DNA from: an uncultured Lachnospiraceae bacterium
Lineage (GTDB): Bacteria > Bacillota > Clostridia > Lachnospirales > Lachnospiraceae
Assembly (NCBI GenBank): GCA_944376745.1
Contig: CALWDR010000136.1
Location: 1-60,575 of the forward strand
DNA: 60,575 nt
Reading direction: 5' to 3'
Shown: one piece after another, positions 34,590 through 45,648 of the stretch
How positions within the stretch are numbered: position 1 is the first letter of the stretch
Layout: each line of letters starts with the position of its first letter
Position numbers and translations under genes: made by a program
The notes under the pieces: model-generated
The model's database searches: none
What the model was told of the DNA's origin: nothing
The model's input: the letters and a program-made list of their open reading frames with translations, nothing else

Positions 34590-36062
34590 TCAGGATTTCG
34601 CCCGCTCGCGCACCGGCTCGCTGGTGAGCATCATACCCAGCTTCTTGAAGACCTGGATGTCCACGGAGGAGAGCATGACGGAGGTGTGGACCTGGCAGTC
34701 CTTGAGGACCGGCAGCATGTCCATGGCCCGCTGAGCGTTCTCGTCCTTGCTGGTACACATGGACAGGGCGATCAGCGCCTCGTCCGTGTGAAGCCGCGGA
34801 TTCTGGCTGCCCAGATAGTTCGTCTTCAGCTTCTGGATGGGGGCGATCACCTCGGGCGCGATGAGCTTTACCTCATGGGCGATGCCGGCCAGGGCCTTTA
34901 AGGCGTTTAGGAGCACGGCGGCGGAGGCCCCCAGCAGATCGGAGGTCTTGCCGGTGATCAGCGTCCCGTCAGGCAGCTCGATGGCGGCGCAGGGGACGCC
35001 CAGGGCCTCAGCCCGCTGGTTGGCCGCCACCGTCACCTTCCGGTCCGCGGTGGTGATCTTGGCCTGCTTCATGATAAGCTCGATCTTCAGCACCTCGTTT
35101 TCCTGGCACTCGTCCCGGGCCAGGCGGTTCAAGGAGGTGTAGTAGCGCCTTAAGATCTCCATATTGGAGGCCTGGCGGCAGGCTTCATCGTCGATAATGC
35201 AGTTTCCGGCCATGTTGACGCCCATATCCGTGGGGGATTTGTAGGGATTTTCCCCGTAAATCTCCTCGAAGATGGCGTTCAGTACCGGGAAGATCTCGAT
35301 GTCCCGGTTGTAGTTGACGGTGGTTTCCCCGTAGGCCTCCATATGGAAGGGGTCGATCATGTTGATGTCGTCCAGATCGGCGGTGGCCGCCTCGTAGGCC
35401 AGGTTGATGGGGTGCTTTAAGGGCACGTTCCAGATGGGGAAGGTCTCGTACTTGGCGTAGCCAGCCTTCACGCCCCGCTTGTGGTCGTGATAAAGCTGGG
35501 ACAGGCAGGTGGCCATCTTGCCGCTGCCCGGTCCGGGGGCGGTGATGACTACCAGGGGCCTTGTGGTCTCTATGTAGTCGTTCTTCCCGTAGCCGTCGTC
35601 GCTGACGATCAGGGGGATGTTGGAGGGGTAGCCGGGGATGGGGTAATGGAGGTACACGCGGATGCCCATCTTCTCCAGCTTGTTCTTGAAGGAGACGGCG
35701 CTGTGCTGTCCTTCATAGTGGGTGATGACCACGCTCCCGAAATACAATCCCCTGGCCTCGAAGGCGTCCTTTAAGCGCAGCACATCCATGTCGTAGGTGA
35801 TGCCAAGATCCCCACGCACCTTATTTTTCTCAATATGGTTGGCGCTGATGACAATGACGATCTCCGCCTGGTCGGAGAGCTGCATGAGCATGCGCAGCTT
35901 GCTGTCCGGGGCAAAGCCCGGAAGCACCCGGGAGGCGTGGTAGTCGTCGAAGAGCTTGCCGCCGAATTCCAGATACAGCTTGTCCCCGAATTTCTGAATG
36001 CGCTCCATAATGTGCTGGGATTGTAGTTTGATGTATTTCTCGTTGTCGAAGCCTGTTTTCAT
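34590..36062 (-). CDS. DUF1846 (UPF0371) family protein
   Basis: MKTGFDNEKYIKLQSQHIMERI..LYLEFGGKLFDDYHASRVLPGF is characteristic, at 490 aa. Confidence 0.85.
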   Translation of the reverse strand: MKTGFDNEKYIKLQSQHIMERIQKFGDKLYLEFGGKLFDDYHASRVLPGFAPDSKLRMLMQLSDQAEIVIVISANHIEKNKVRGDLGITYDMDVLRLKDAFEARGLYFGSVVITHYEGQHSAVSFKNKLEKMGIRVYLHYPIPGYPSNIPLIVSDDGYGKNDYIETTRPLVVITAPGPGSGKMATCLSQLYHDHKRGVKAGYAKYETFPIWNVPLKHPINLAYEAATADLDDINMIDPFHMEAYGETTVNYNRDIEIFPVLNAIFEEIYGENPYKSPTDMGVNMAGNCIIDDEACRQASNMEILRRYYTSLNRLARDECQENEVLKIELIMKQAKITTADRKVTVAANQRAEALGVPCAAIELPDGTLITGKTSDLLGASAAVLLNALKALAGIAHEVKLIAPEVIAPIQKLKTNYLGSQNPRLHTDEALIALSMCTSKDENAQRAMDMLPVLKDCQVHTSVMLSSVDIQVFKKLGMMLTSEPVRERAKS

Positions 36063-36198
36063 GTGAAAATGATGTCCTTTGCTCTTAAAATATAGAGGCT
36101 GTCTCAGCCGGATGAGTAATCATACGGATTCATTATAACGCTTGCGGCAAAAGAAATCCAGCATTTCCCCAAAAAAGTTTAAAATTTTTGGCCCTGCC

Positions 36199-36228
36199 GG
36201 CTGCCGGCTCCCCGGCAGCCTTCTTTTT
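36199..36228 (+). terminator. Orphan canonical intrinsic-terminator hairpin with no annotated upstream + strand gene
   Basis: GGCTGCCGG-ctcc-CCGGCAGCC followed by TTCTTTTT. Confidence 0.5.
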
Positions 36229-36283
36229 GCGCTACGATTTAGAAAAACTTTAGAAAGGACAAGAAAAGTTCACGAAGAATATA

Positions 36284-36312
36284 TTGATTTTCCACAGGAT
36301 TCAACATATAAT
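36284..36312 (+). promoter_or_regulatory. Sigma-70-type promoter candidate for ftsH
   Basis: TTGATT (36284-36289), 17-nt spacer, TATAAT (36307-36312). Confidence 0.55.
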
Positions 36313-36365
36313 AAGAGAAGCATTGCAGACGGATCAGGAAATCTGTAATACTTTAGGAGGAATAG

Positions 36366-38330
36366 ATGGATAACAAAGGAAACAATAATCAGAACAACAA
36401 CAATAAGAACGGGATGACCCTCCTGATTTTTATTTTAGTGGGACTGGCGGTGCTGTTTATCGCGAGCATGATCAGCAGCAGCATCAACAGCATGACCAAC
36501 CAGGAAATCAGCTACACGGAGTTTATGGATATGGTGGAGGACGGCAAGGTGGACAGCGTGGCCTTCACCTCGAACCAGATCGAGATTACGCCGAAGACAG
36601 AGGACGGAAGACCGCCCCTTGTGACTTACTATACGGTTCGGCTGCCCCATGATGATGTGACCACCTGGCTGAAGGAGAACGGGGTGGATGCAACCGGGGT
36701 AGAGACCAGCGCTACTATGAGTATCGTGGCAAATATCCTGACCTTTGTGATACCGCTGGTTCTCTGCTGGGTGATCCTGGGCTTCGTCATGCGCAAGATG
36801 AGCGGCGGGGGCGGCGTCATGGGCGTGGGCAAGAGCAACGCCAAGGTTTACGTGGAGAAGCAGACCGGCGTGACCTTCAAGGACGTGGCCGGACAGGACG
36901 AGGCCAAGGAGTCCCTGCAGGAGGTGGTGGATTTCCTGCACAATCCCAGGAAATATACGGAGATCGGCGCCAAGCTCCCCAAGGGAGCCCTTCTGGTGGG
37001 CCCGCCCGGTACCGGTAAGACCTTGCTGGCCAAAGCCGTGGCGGGGGAGGCCAAGGTTCCCTTCTTCTCCCTGGCCGGTTCCGACTTTGTGGAGATGTTC
37101 GTGGGCGTGGGCGCCTCCCGTGTGAGAGATCTGTTCAAGGAGGCCCAGAAGCAGGCCCCCTGCATCATATTTATCGACGAGATCGACGCCATCGGCAAGA
37201 GCCGTGACACCAGGTACGGCGGCAACGATGAGCGGGAGCAGACCTTAAATCAGCTTCTGGCGGAGATGGACGGCTTCGACACCTCCAAGGGACTTTTGAT
37301 CCTGGCGGCCACCAACCGTCCGGACGTGCTGGATAAGGCGCTGCTGCGCCCGGGGCGGTTTGACCGGAGGATCATTGTGGATAAGCCGGACTTAAAGGGA
37401 AGAAAAGAGACCTTGAAGGTCCATGCCAAGAATGTGCTCATGGATGATTCCGTGGATCTGGACGCCATTGCCCTGGCCACCTCCGGAGCCGTGGGCTCCG
37501 ATCTGGCCAACATGATCAACGAGGCGGCCATCAACGCCGTAAAGCACGGAAGAAAATATGTGACCCAGGCCGATCTGTTTGAGTCGGTGGAGGTAGTCAT
37601 CGCCGGTAAGGAGAAGAAGGACCGCATCATGGGGCCCAAGGAGAAGAAGCTGGTGGCCTACCACGAGGTGGGACACGCCCTGGTGATGGCCCTGGAGAAG
37701 GATTCCGAGCCGGTGCAGAAGATCACCATCGTACCCCGGACCATGGGAGCCCTGGGCTACACCATGCAGGTGCCGGAGGAAGAAAAATACTTAAAGACCA
37801 AGAACGAGCTTCTGGCGGATCTGGTGGGCTTCATGGGAGGCCGCGCGGCGGAGGAGATCACCTTCGATTCCGTCACCACCGGAGCCTCCAACGATATTGA
37901 GCGGGCCACCAGCATTGCCCGGGCCATGGTGACCCAGTTCGGCATGTCGGAGAAATTTGGCCTCATGGGCCTTGTGACCATCGAGAACCAGTATCTGGAC
38001 GGAAGGGCTACACTGAACTGCGGCGAGGAGACCGCCTCCCAGATCGACAAAGAGGTGATGAAGATCCTTCAGGAGAGCTACGAGAGGGCCAAAGCGCTGC
38101 TTTTAGCCAACCGCAACATTTTGGACGAGGCCGCCGAGTACCTCTACGAGCATGAGACCATCACCGGCAAGGAATTTATGGAGATCTTCTACCGGCTGAA
38201 GGGAACGCCCAGGGAGGAGCAGCCCGAGGAGAAGAAGGAGCGGGAGAGCCATATCAATTTCAGGGACCCGAATACGGAAGCAAAAATGGATGAATCCGTG
38301 AACCCGGAGACGGAAGCCAAAAATGGATGA
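36366..38330 (+). CDS. ftsH: ATP-dependent zinc metalloprotease FtsH
   Basis: Walker A GPPGTGKT, Walker [31 protein letters not shown] and zinc motif HEVGHA. Confidence 0.95.
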   Translation: MDNKGNNNQNNNNKNGMTLLIFILVGLAVLFIASMISSSINSMTNQEISYTEFMDMVEDGKVDSVAFTSNQIEITPKTEDGRPPLVTYYTVRLPHDDVTTWLKENGVDATGVETSATMSIVANILTFVIPLVLCWVILGFVMRKMSGGGGVMGVGKSNAKVYVEKQTGVTFKDVAGQDEAKESLQEVVDFLHNPRKYTEIGAKLPKGALLVGPPGTGKTLLAKAVAGEAKVPFFSLAGSDFVEMFVGVGASRVRDLFKEAQKQAPCIIFIDEIDAIGKSRDTRYGGNDEREQTLNQLLAEMDGFDTSKGLLILAATNRPDVLDKALLRPGRFDRRIIVDKPDLKGRKETLKVHAKNVLMDDSVDLDAIALATSGAVGSDLANMINEAAINAVKHGRKYVTQADLFESVEVVIAGKEKKDRIMGPKEKKLVAYHEVGHALVMALEKDSEPVQKITIVPRTMGALGYTMQVPEEEKYLKTKNELLADLVGFMGGRAAEEITFDSVTTGASNDIERATSIARAMVTQFGMSEKFGLMGLVTIENQYLDGRATLNCGEETASQIDKEVMKILQESYERAKALLLANRNILDEAAEYLYEHETITGKEFMEIFYRLKGTPREEQPEEKKERESHINFRDPNTEAKMDESVNPETEAKNG

Positions 38331-38343
38331 ATCCGGAGGAATT

Positions 38344-40212
38344 ATGTTTGATATTCAGGAAGAGTTAAAAAAAGTGCCTCCGAAGCCCGGGGTCTATCTC
38401 ATGCACGACGATACGGACGCCATCATCTATGTGGGGAAGGCGGTGAGCCTGCGGAGCCGGGTGCGGCAGTATTTCCGGCCCAGCCACAACGAGGGCGTCA
38501 AGAAGGACCGGATGGTGGAGCGGATCGCCCGCTTTGAGTACATCGTCACAGACTCCGAGCTGGAGGCCCTGATTCTGGAGTGCAACCTGATCAAGGAGCA
38601 CCGGCCAAAATATAATACCATGCTGCGGGACGACAAGACATACCCGTATATAAGAGTGACACTGGGGGAGGAATTCCCCAGGGTCCTTTTTTCACGTCAG
38701 ATGAAAAAGGACAAATCCCGGTATTTCGGCCCCTACACCAGCGCGGGGGCGGTCAAGGATACCATAGATCTGCTGCAGAAGCTGTTCTGCTTAAGAAGCT
38801 GCAGCCGCACTCTGCCCAGGGACATCGGCAAGGAGCGGCCCTGCTTAAACTACCACATCAAACAGTGCCTGGGCCCCTGCCAGGGCTATGTGACCAGGGA
38901 GGCCTACCGGGAGCAGGTGGACGGCGCCATCGCTTTCTTAAATGGAAATTACGAGCCCGTGTTAAAGGAGCTGGAGGAGAAGATGAACCGCTGCTCAGAG
39001 GCCATGGAGTTTGAGAAGGCCATCGAGTACCGGGAGCTGATCAAGAGCGTGACCCAGGTGGCCCAGAAGCAGAAGATGACCAACTCCGACGGGGAGGACA
39101 AGGATATCATCGCTCTGGCCTGCGATGACCGGGACGGGGTGGTGCAGGTCTTTTTCGTCCGGGACGGGCGGCTCATCGGCAGGGACCATTTTCACGTGAG
39201 CATCGCCGAGGGGGATACCCGCTCCCAGATTCTGGAGGCCTTTGTGAAGCAGTTTTACGCGGGAACCCCCTTTATCCCCAGGGAGATCATGCTACAGGAG
39301 GAGCTTGCCGAGGAGGAGGTCATCTCCCAGTGGCTTTCGGCCAAGCGGGGGCAGAGGGTGTACCTGCGGGTGCCCAAGAAAGGCGCCAAGGAAAAGCTGG
39401 TGGAGCTGGCGGAGAAAAACGCCCAGCTGGTGTTAAGCCAGGACAAGGAAAAGATCAAGCGGGAGGAGGGCCGCACCATCGGGGCCCTAAAGGAGATCGC
39501 ACAGCTTCTGGGGCTTCCCGGGATTTCCCGGGTGGAGGCCTTCGACATTTCCAATCTCAACGGCTTTGAGACGGTGGGCTCCATGGTGGTCTATGAGAAG
39601 GGCAAGCCCCGCCGCAGCGATTACCGGAAATTCAGGCTGCGCACCGTGGCCGGACCCGACGATTACGCCTCCATGTACGAGGTGCTGACCCGGCGCTTCT
39701 CCCATGGCCTCAGGGAGCAGCAGGAGCTTCAGGAAAAGGAGCTGGCGGCGGAGTACGGCAGCTTCACCCGCTTCCCGGATCTCATTATGATGGACGGCGG
39801 CAAGGGTCAGGTGAACGTGGCCCTCAGGGTCTTATCCGAGCTTCACTTAAATATTCCCGTCTGCGGCATGGTGAAGGATGATAATCACAGAACCCGGGGA
39901 CTCTATTATGAGAACCGGGAGCTTCCCATGGAGAAGAGCAGCGAGGCCTTCAGGCTGATCACCAGGATACAGGACGAGGCCCACCGCTTTGCCATTGAAT
40001 ATCACCGTTCCATCCGCGGCAAGGAGCAGGTGCACTCGGTGCTGGAGGACATACCGGGCGTGGGCCCGGCCAGGCGGAAGGCCCTCATGCGGGCGTTTCC
40101 CTCCATAGACGCCATTCGGGAGGCCACGGTGGAACAGCTTATGGAGCTGCCTTCCATGAACGAGGGGGCTGCCCGGGCGGTGTATTCCTTTTTTCATAAG
40201 GAGCAGTCTTGA
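38344..40212 (+). CDS. uvrC: Excinuclease ABC subunit C
   Basis: GIY-YIG start ([19 protein letters not shown]), a UVR domain and a C-terminal endonuclease plus HhH ([13 protein letters not shown]). GGAGGA RBS precedes the ATG at 38344. Confidence 0.95.
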   Translation: MFDIQEELKKVPPKPGVYLMHDDTDAIIYVGKAVSLRSRVRQYFRPSHNEGVKKDRMVERIARFEYIVTDSELEALILECNLIKEHRPKYNTMLRDDKTYPYIRVTLGEEFPRVLFSRQMKKDKSRYFGPYTSAGAVKDTIDLLQKLFCLRSCSRTLPRDIGKERPCLNYHIKQCLGPCQGYVTREAYREQVDGAIAFLNGNYEPVLKELEEKMNRCSEAMEFEKAIEYRELIKSVTQVAQKQKMTNSDGEDKDIIALACDDRDGVVQVFFVRDGRLIGRDHFHVSIAEGDTRSQILEAFVKQFYAGTPFIPREIMLQEELAEEEVISQWLSAKRGQRVYLRVPKKGAKEKLVELAEKNAQLVLSQDKEKIKREEGRTIGALKEIAQLLGLPGISRVEAFDISNLNGFETVGSMVVYEKGKPRRSDYRKFRLRTVAGPDDYASMYEVLTRRFSHGLREQQELQEKELAAEYGSFTRFPDLIMMDGGKGQVNVALRVLSELHLNIPVCGMVKDDNHRTRGLYYENRELPMEKSSEAFRLITRIQDEAHRFAIEYHRSIRGKEQVHSVLEDIPGVGPARRKALMRAFPSIDAIREATVEQLMELPSMNEGAARAVYSFFHKEQS

Positions 40213-40337
40213 AGCCGGGGAGGGAATATGATAAAATGAAACTGTTCCGACGGGTGCGGGGCTGCGGTCCGCGGCCTGAGCCCCGGAGAGAAACACGGCA
40301 AACGAAGGTAAAAAGTCACGGCAAAAGGAGAACCCCC

Positions 40338-41279
40338 ATGAAAGGTGTCAGTGTAAGTAAAGTAGTAGACAAGATGAAGTTACAGGTGTTCAATCCGGAA
40401 GTGGATGTGAAGAAACGCAAGATCACGCGCTCGGACGTGAACCGCCCGGCGCTGCAGCTTACGGGCTTTTTTGAATATTTTGACAAGGACCGGGTGCAGC
40501 TGATCGGCGCGGTGGAATATACGTATCTGGAGCATACGGCGGAAGAGGTGAAGCATCAGGTCTATACCCAGTTCTGTTCCTACGACGTGCCCTGCGTGAT
40601 CTTCAGCCGGGGCCTGAAGCCCGAGGAGGATTTTCTGGCCATTGCCACCGCAAGAGGGATTCCCATCCTGGGCACCGAGGAGGCCACCTCCGGCTTTATG
40701 GCGGAGCTCATTTACTATCTGAATCAGGAGCTGGCGCCCTGCATCTCCATTCACGGCGTGCTGGTGGACGTGTACGGCGAGGGGCTTCTGATCATGGGCG
40801 AGAGCGGCATCGGCAAGAGCGAGGCGGCCCTGGAGCTGATCCGCCGGGGACACCGGCTGGTGACCGACGACGTGGTGGAGATCCGCAAGATCAACGAGCA
40901 TACCCTGGTGGGGACTTCCCCGGATATCACCAGGTATTTCATTGAGCTGCGGGGCGTGGGCATCGTGGATGTGAAAAATCTCTTCGGCGTGGAGTGCGTC
41001 AAGGAGAGCATGAAGATCGATCTGGTGATCAAGCTGGAGGACTGGCGCAAGGACAACGACTATGACCGCCTGGGCCTGGAGGAGGAGTACACCGAATTTC
41101 TGGGAAATAAGGTGGTCTGCCACTCCCTGCCCATCCGTCCCGGACGGAACCTGGCCGTCATCTGCGAGACGGCGGCGGTCAACCACCGGCAGAAGAAGAT
41201 GGGCTACAACGCCGCCAAGGAGCTTTACCGCCGGGTGCAGGAGAATCTCCAGAAACGCGGCGGCCAGGAGGATGAATAA
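40338..41279 (+). CDS. hprK: HPr kinase/phosphorylase
   Basis: P-loop GESGIGKSE, LVTDDVVEI and IELRGVGIVDV. AAAGGAG RBS. The ORF-track start at 40209 is rejected. Confidence 0.9.
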   Translation: MKGVSVSKVVDKMKLQVFNPEVDVKKRKITRSDVNRPALQLTGFFEYFDKDRVQLIGAVEYTYLEHTAEEVKHQVYTQFCSYDVPCVIFSRGLKPEEDFLAIATARGIPILGTEEATSGFMAELIYYLNQELAPCISIHGVLVDVYGEGLLIMGESGIGKSEAALELIRRGHRLVTDDVVEIRKINEHTLVGTSPDITRYFIELRGVGIVDVKNLFGVECVKESMKIDLVIKLEDWRKDNDYDRLGLEEEYTEFLGNKVVCHSLPIRPGRNLAVICETAAVNHRQKKMGYNAAKELYRRVQENLQKRGGQEDE

Positions 41280-41295
41280 AAAGGAGGATGACATC

Positions 41296-42693
41296 ATGGA
41301 GAAGAAGAATGCCTGGGAGAAATACCAGGGCGAGAAGCAGCAGGAGGTATTTGCCTTCGGGGAGGCCTACAAGAAATTTCTCTCCGACTGCAAGACGGAG
41401 CGGGAGTGCGTCACGGAGCTGAAGGCCCAGGCCGAGGCCGCGGGCTTTGCGGATCTTAAGAAGGTCCTGGCAGAGGGAACCCCCATTAAGACCGGCGACA
41501 AGCTGTACGCGGACAATATGGGCAAGGGACTGGCGCTGTTTGTCATTGGCCGGGAGCCCATGGAAAAGGGCATGAATATTCTGGGTGCCCACATCGATTC
41601 CCCCAGACTGGACATCAAGCAGAATCCCCTTTACGAGGATACCCAGATGGCCCTGCTGGACACCCATTATTACGGCGGGGTGAAGAAATATCAGTGGGTG
41701 GCAATGCCTCTGGCCCTCCACGGCGTGATCGTGAAGAAGGACGGCACGGTGGTGAACGTGAGCATCGGCGAGAAGGAGGAGGACCCGGTATTTGGCGTCA
41801 GCGACCTCTTGATCCACCTCTCCGGGGAGCAGATGGATAAGAAGGCCTCCAAGGTCATCGAGGGGGAGAATCTGGATGTTCTGGTGGGCAGCATGCCCCA
41901 GTTCCCCACGGAGGAGGAGAAGGAGAAGGCCAAGGATCTGGTGAAGGCCAACATCCTGACGATCTTAAAGGAGCAGTATCAGGTGGAGGAGGAGGATTTC
42001 CTCTCCGCGGAGATCGAGGTGGTTCCCGCCGGCAAGGCCCGGGATTACGGCCTGGACCGGAGCATGATCATGGGCTACGGCCACGACGACCGGGTCTGCG
42101 CCTACCCCTCCTTCGCGGCGGTGCTGGAAGCCGGTGTCTGTGACAAGACCACCGTGTGCCTGCTGGTGGACAAGGAGGAGATCGGCAGCGTGGGCGCCAC
42201 GGGCATGCAGTCCAAATTCTTCGAGTACATGGTGGTGGAGCTCATGGAAGCCATGGGACAGTATTCCCGGGTGGCCTTCAACCGGGCCATGACCAATTCC
42301 AGAGTGCTGTCCTCCGACGTGAGCGCGGCCTTTGATCCCCTGTTCCCCAGCGTGATGGAGAAGAAGAATTCCGCCTATTTCGGCAAGGGCCTGGTGTTCA
42401 ACAAATTTACCGGCTCCCGGGGCAAGGGCGGCTCCAACGACGCCAATCCCGAGTATATGGCCCTCCTTCGCAGGATCATGGACGACAACGACGTGTCCTT
42501 CCAGACCGCGGAGCTGGGCAAGGTGGACCAGGGCGGCGGCGGAACCATCGCCTACATTCTCGCCAACTACCACATGCAGGTCATCGACAGCGGCGTGGCG
42601 GTATTGAACATGCACGCCCCCTGGGAGATCATCAGCAAGGTGGACCTCTATGAGGCGAAGCGGGGCTATGTGGCGTTCTTAAAGGAAGCGTGA
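41296..42693 (+). CDS. M18 family aminopeptidase
   Basis: NILGAHIDSPRLDIKQNPLYED, GYGHDDRVCAY, EEIGSVGATG and VLNMHAPWE. AAGGAGG RBS. The upstream ORF extension is rejected. Confidence 0.8.
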   Translation: MEKKNAWEKYQGEKQQEVFAFGEAYKKFLSDCKTERECVTELKAQAEAAGFADLKKVLAEGTPIKTGDKLYADNMGKGLALFVIGREPMEKGMNILGAHIDSPRLDIKQNPLYEDTQMALLDTHYYGGVKKYQWVAMPLALHGVIVKKDGTVVNVSIGEKEEDPVFGVSDLLIHLSGEQMDKKASKVIEGENLDVLVGSMPQFPTEEEKEKAKDLVKANILTILKEQYQVEEEDFLSAEIEVVPAGKARDYGLDRSMIMGYGHDDRVCAYPSFAAVLEAGVCDKTTVCLLVDKEEIGSVGATGMQSKFFEYMVVELMEAMGQYSRVAFNRAMTNSRVLSSDVSAAFDPLFPSVMEKKNSAYFGKGLVFNKFTGSRGKGGSNDANPEYMALLRRIMDDNDVSFQTAELGKVDQGGGGTIAYILANYHMQVIDSGVAVLNMHAPWEIISKVDLYEAKRGYVAFLKEA

Positions 42694-43601
42694 CAGATTT
42701 GACATTTCAGGAGCGGTTATATAAGATCATAGCGAAAGAGCAGGTGCTCATGGAGGAGCCCATGAGCCGCCACACCACCTTCCGGGTGGGCGGCCCGGCG
42801 GAATACTTTGTGACGCCGGGGGAGGAGGAACTGGCCCCGGTGCTGGCCCTCTGCAAAGAGGAGGGAATGCCCTTCCAGATCATCGGAAACGGCAGCAACC
42901 TCCTGGTGGGCGATCAGGGAATCCGGGGCGTGGTAATAGAGATCGGCTCCCGGCTTTCCCGGGTGTGGACGGAAGGGGAGCTTCTCTGTGCCCAGGCCGG
43001 CGCCAGTCTGGCGAAAACGGCCCAGGAGGCGGCCAGAGCTTCCTTAAGCGGCCTGGAATTTGCCTCCGGTATCCCCGGAACCGTGGGCGGTGCGGTGGTC
43101 ATGAATGCGGGCGCCTACGGCGGGGAGATGAAGGACGTCCTGAAGTGGGCTCTGGTGCTGTGCGGGGACGGAACTCTCCGGCAGCTCTCCAGGGAGGAGC
43201 TTCAGCTCTCCTACCGCCACAGCGTGGTGCCGGAGCTTAACGGCATCGTGGTGAAGGCGGCTTTTGCCCTGGAGCCGGCGGAGGAACGCCTGATCCGGAC
43301 CAAAATGGAGCTCCTTAAGAACCAGCGCATCCAGAAGCAGCCCCTGGAATACCCCAGCGCCGGCAGCACCTTCAAGCGCCCGGAAGGGTATTTCGCAGGG
43401 AAGCTCATTATGGACGCGGGTCTTCGGGGGTATCGGGTGGGCGGCGCCCAGGTGTCCGAGAAGCACTGCGGTTTTGTGATCAACCGGGGCGACGCCACGG
43501 CGGCGGACATTCTTGGCCTGATCCGCCATGTGCAGCGCACCGTGAAGGAGAGATTCGGCGTGGAGCTGGAGACGGAAGTGAAGCTGACGGGCCAGTTCTG
43601 A
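42690..43601 (+). CDS. murB: UDP-N-acetylmuramate dehydrogenase
   Basis: MSRHTTFRVGGPAEYFV, IIGNGSNLLV, PSAGSTFKRP and GGAQVSEKHCGFVIN. Confidence 0.9.
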   Translation: MTDLTFQERLYKIIAKEQVLMEEPMSRHTTFRVGGPAEYFVTPGEEELAPVLALCKEEGMPFQIIGNGSNLLVGDQGIRGVVIEIGSRLSRVWTEGELLCAQAGASLAKTAQEAARASLSGLEFASGIPGTVGGAVVMNAGAYGGEMKDVLKWALVLCGDGTLRQLSREELQLSYRHSVVPELNGIVVKAAFALEPAEERLIRTKMELLKNQRIQKQPLEYPSAGSTFKRPEGYFAGKLIMDAGLRGYRVGGAQVSEKHCGFVINRGDATAADILGLIRHVQRTVKERFGVELETEVKLTGQF

Positions 43602-43718
43602 GAGGCCATGAAATTTCCGGCTATTTGCCTAAGCACCGGCAAGGCGAAGCGAAAGGGCCAGCTCTGACGGGCTGCTGCCTGCCGGCATTTGCCTAAGCGC
43701 CGGCAAGGCGAGGCTGAC
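43589..43718. repeat. Tandem duplication (about 66-bp period, 2 copies) beginning at the last codons and stop of murB
   Basis: GGGCCAGTTCTGA (43589) matches GGGCCAGCTCTGA (43655). CCGGCTATTTGCCTAAGCACCGGCAAGGCGA (43617) matches CCGGCATTTGCCTAAGCGCCGGCAAGGCGA (43682). Confidence 0.8.
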
Positions 43719-43735
43719 AGGAAGGAGGGACGCGC

Positions 43736-44611
43736 ATGCGTTTTGTGATTCTCACCGGCATGTCCGGGGCGGGAAAAAGTACGGCTTTGAAGATGATGGA
43801 GGACATCGGGTATTTCTGCGTGGATAAGCTGCCCATCCCCCTTCTGGAGAAATTTTCGGAGCTGACGGAGGCGGAGAACGCAGGCCTCGACAAGGTGGCT
43901 GTGGGGGTGGACATCCGCAGCGGCCAGCGGCTGGACGAGCTTCAGAGTATTCTGGAACGGATGAAGGAGCGGGGGATCGGCTTTGAGATCCTGTTTCTGG
44001 ACGCCGAGGACATTGTGCTGGTGCGCCGGTACAAGGAGACCCGCAGAAGCCATCCTCTGGCCATCGGGGAGCGGGTGGACAAGGGCATTCTTCTGGAGCG
44101 GCAGCGGGTGGAGTTCTTAAGGCGCCAGGCGGATTTCATCATCGACACCAGCCAGCTTCTGACCCGGGAACTAAAGGTGGAGCTGGAGAAGATCTTCGTC
44201 CGCAATCAGGATTACCAGAGCCTCTATGTGACGATCCTCTCCTTCGGCTTCAAGTACGGGATTCCCGCGGACTCGGATCTGGTCTTTGACGTGCGCTTCC
44301 TGCCCAATCCCTACTATGTGGAAGGGCTAAGGTCCAAGACGGGAAACGATAAGGAGATTCAGGAATTTGTCCTGAAATACCCCGAGGCCCATGAATTTCT
44401 GGACAAGCTGGAGGATATGGTGCGTTTCCTTATCCCCAACTACATCGCCGAGGGAAAGAACCAGCTGATCATCAGCATCGGCTGCACCGGCGGCAAGCAC
44501 CGCTCGGTGACGCTGGCCAACCAGCTTTACGAGCGGCTGAAGGAAGAGAACGAATACGGGATCAAGATCGAGCACCGGGATATTGGAAAGGATGCTCTCA
44601 GAGGAAAATAA
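43736..44611 (+). CDS. rapZ: RNase adapter protein RapZ (YvcJ)
   Basis: MRFVILTGMSGAGKSTALKMMEDIGYFCVDKLP and C-terminal CTGGKHRSV. Confidence 0.9.
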   Translation: MRFVILTGMSGAGKSTALKMMEDIGYFCVDKLPIPLLEKFSELTEAENAGLDKVAVGVDIRSGQRLDELQSILERMKERGIGFEILFLDAEDIVLVRRYKETRRSHPLAIGERVDKGILLERQRVEFLRRQADFIIDTSQLLTRELKVELEKIFVRNQDYQSLYVTILSFGFKYGIPADSDLVFDVRFLPNPYYVEGLRSKTGNDKEIQEFVLKYPEAHEFLDKLEDMVRFLIPNYIAEGKNQLIISIGCTGGKHRSVTLANQLYERLKEENEYGIKIEHRDIGKDALRGK

Positions 44612-45586
44612 ATGTCTTTTTCAAGTGAAGTAAAGGAAGAACTGGCCCGGCAGATTCCCAAGAGCAGGCATTGCCGGCTGGCGGAGATCGGGGCCATACT
44701 GGGATTTGCGGGGCGCGTGGAGGAAGCGGAGGGAAAGCGGAAGCTTGCGGTCCACACGGAGAACATCACCCTGGCCAGAAAGTATTTTACCCTGATCAAA
44801 AAGACCTTCGGCGTCACGCCCTCCCTGGCGGTGGGCCAGAGCGCCTATCTGAACAAGAACCGGATCTGCTCCGTGGAGGTGGAGGAGCCGGAAGGGCTTC
44901 ACCGGATACTGACGGCTGTCAAGTGGGTGGACGACGCCGGGGAGCTTCTGCCCCGGGAGGGGCTGGTCAGCGAGCTGCTGATCCAGAACACCTGCTGCAG
45001 ACGGGCGTTCCTAAGAGGTGCTTTTCTGACCTCCGGCTCCATGAGCGACCCGGAGAAATCCTACCATTTCGAGATCGTCTGCCAGGACCGGGGGAAGGCG
45101 GAGCAGATGCGGGAGATCATCAACAGCTTCGAACTGGACGCCAAGATCGTGCCCCGAAAAAAATGTTATGTGGCCTATTTAAAGGAAGGGGCCCAGATCG
45201 TGGACGTGCTCAATGTGATGGAGGCCCATGTGGCCCTGCTGAATCTGGAAAATGTGCGCATTTTAAAGGAAATGCGCAACTCCGTGAACCGGCAGGTCAA
45301 CTGCGAGACGGCCAACATCAACAAGACGGTGAACGCCGCGGTCAAGCAGGTGGAGGATATCCGTTACATCGAGGACACCGTGGGCTTAAAAACCCTGCCC
45401 GAAGGTCTTTTTGAGATGGCAGATCTGCGGCTTCGGTATCCCGAGGCCGCCTTAAAGGAGCTGGGGGCCATGCTCAGTCCCCCGGTGGGAAAATCCGGCG
45501 TGAACCACAGGCTGCGCAAGATCAGCAGCATCGCGGAGGAGCTTCGGGAAAAGAGGCCGGAGGACAGCGTCAGTACAACGAGATAA
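44612..45586 (+). CDS. whiA: DNA-binding protein WhiA
   Basis: MSFSSEVKEEL..RHCRLAE, a LAGLIDADG-like middle and a C-terminal HTH (LSPPVGKSGVNHRLRKI). Confidence 0.9.
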   Translation: MSFSSEVKEELARQIPKSRHCRLAEIGAILGFAGRVEEAEGKRKLAVHTENITLARKYFTLIKKTFGVTPSLAVGQSAYLNKNRICSVEVEEPEGLHRILTAVKWVDDAGELLPREGLVSELLIQNTCCRRAFLRGAFLTSGSMSDPEKSYHFEIVCQDRGKAEQMREIINSFELDAKIVPRKKCYVAYLKEGAQIVDVLNVMEAHVALLNLENVRILKEMRNSVNRQVNCETANINKTVNAAVKQVEDIRYIEDTVGLKTLPEGLFEMADLRLRYPEAALKELGAMLSPPVGKSGVNHRLRKISSIAEELREKRPEDSVSTTR

Positions 45587-45648
45587 GGAGCAGCAAAGAG
45601 CGGCAGAGAAGCAGCATAAGGTGACACAGGTAAAAGGAGGAACGGCGT

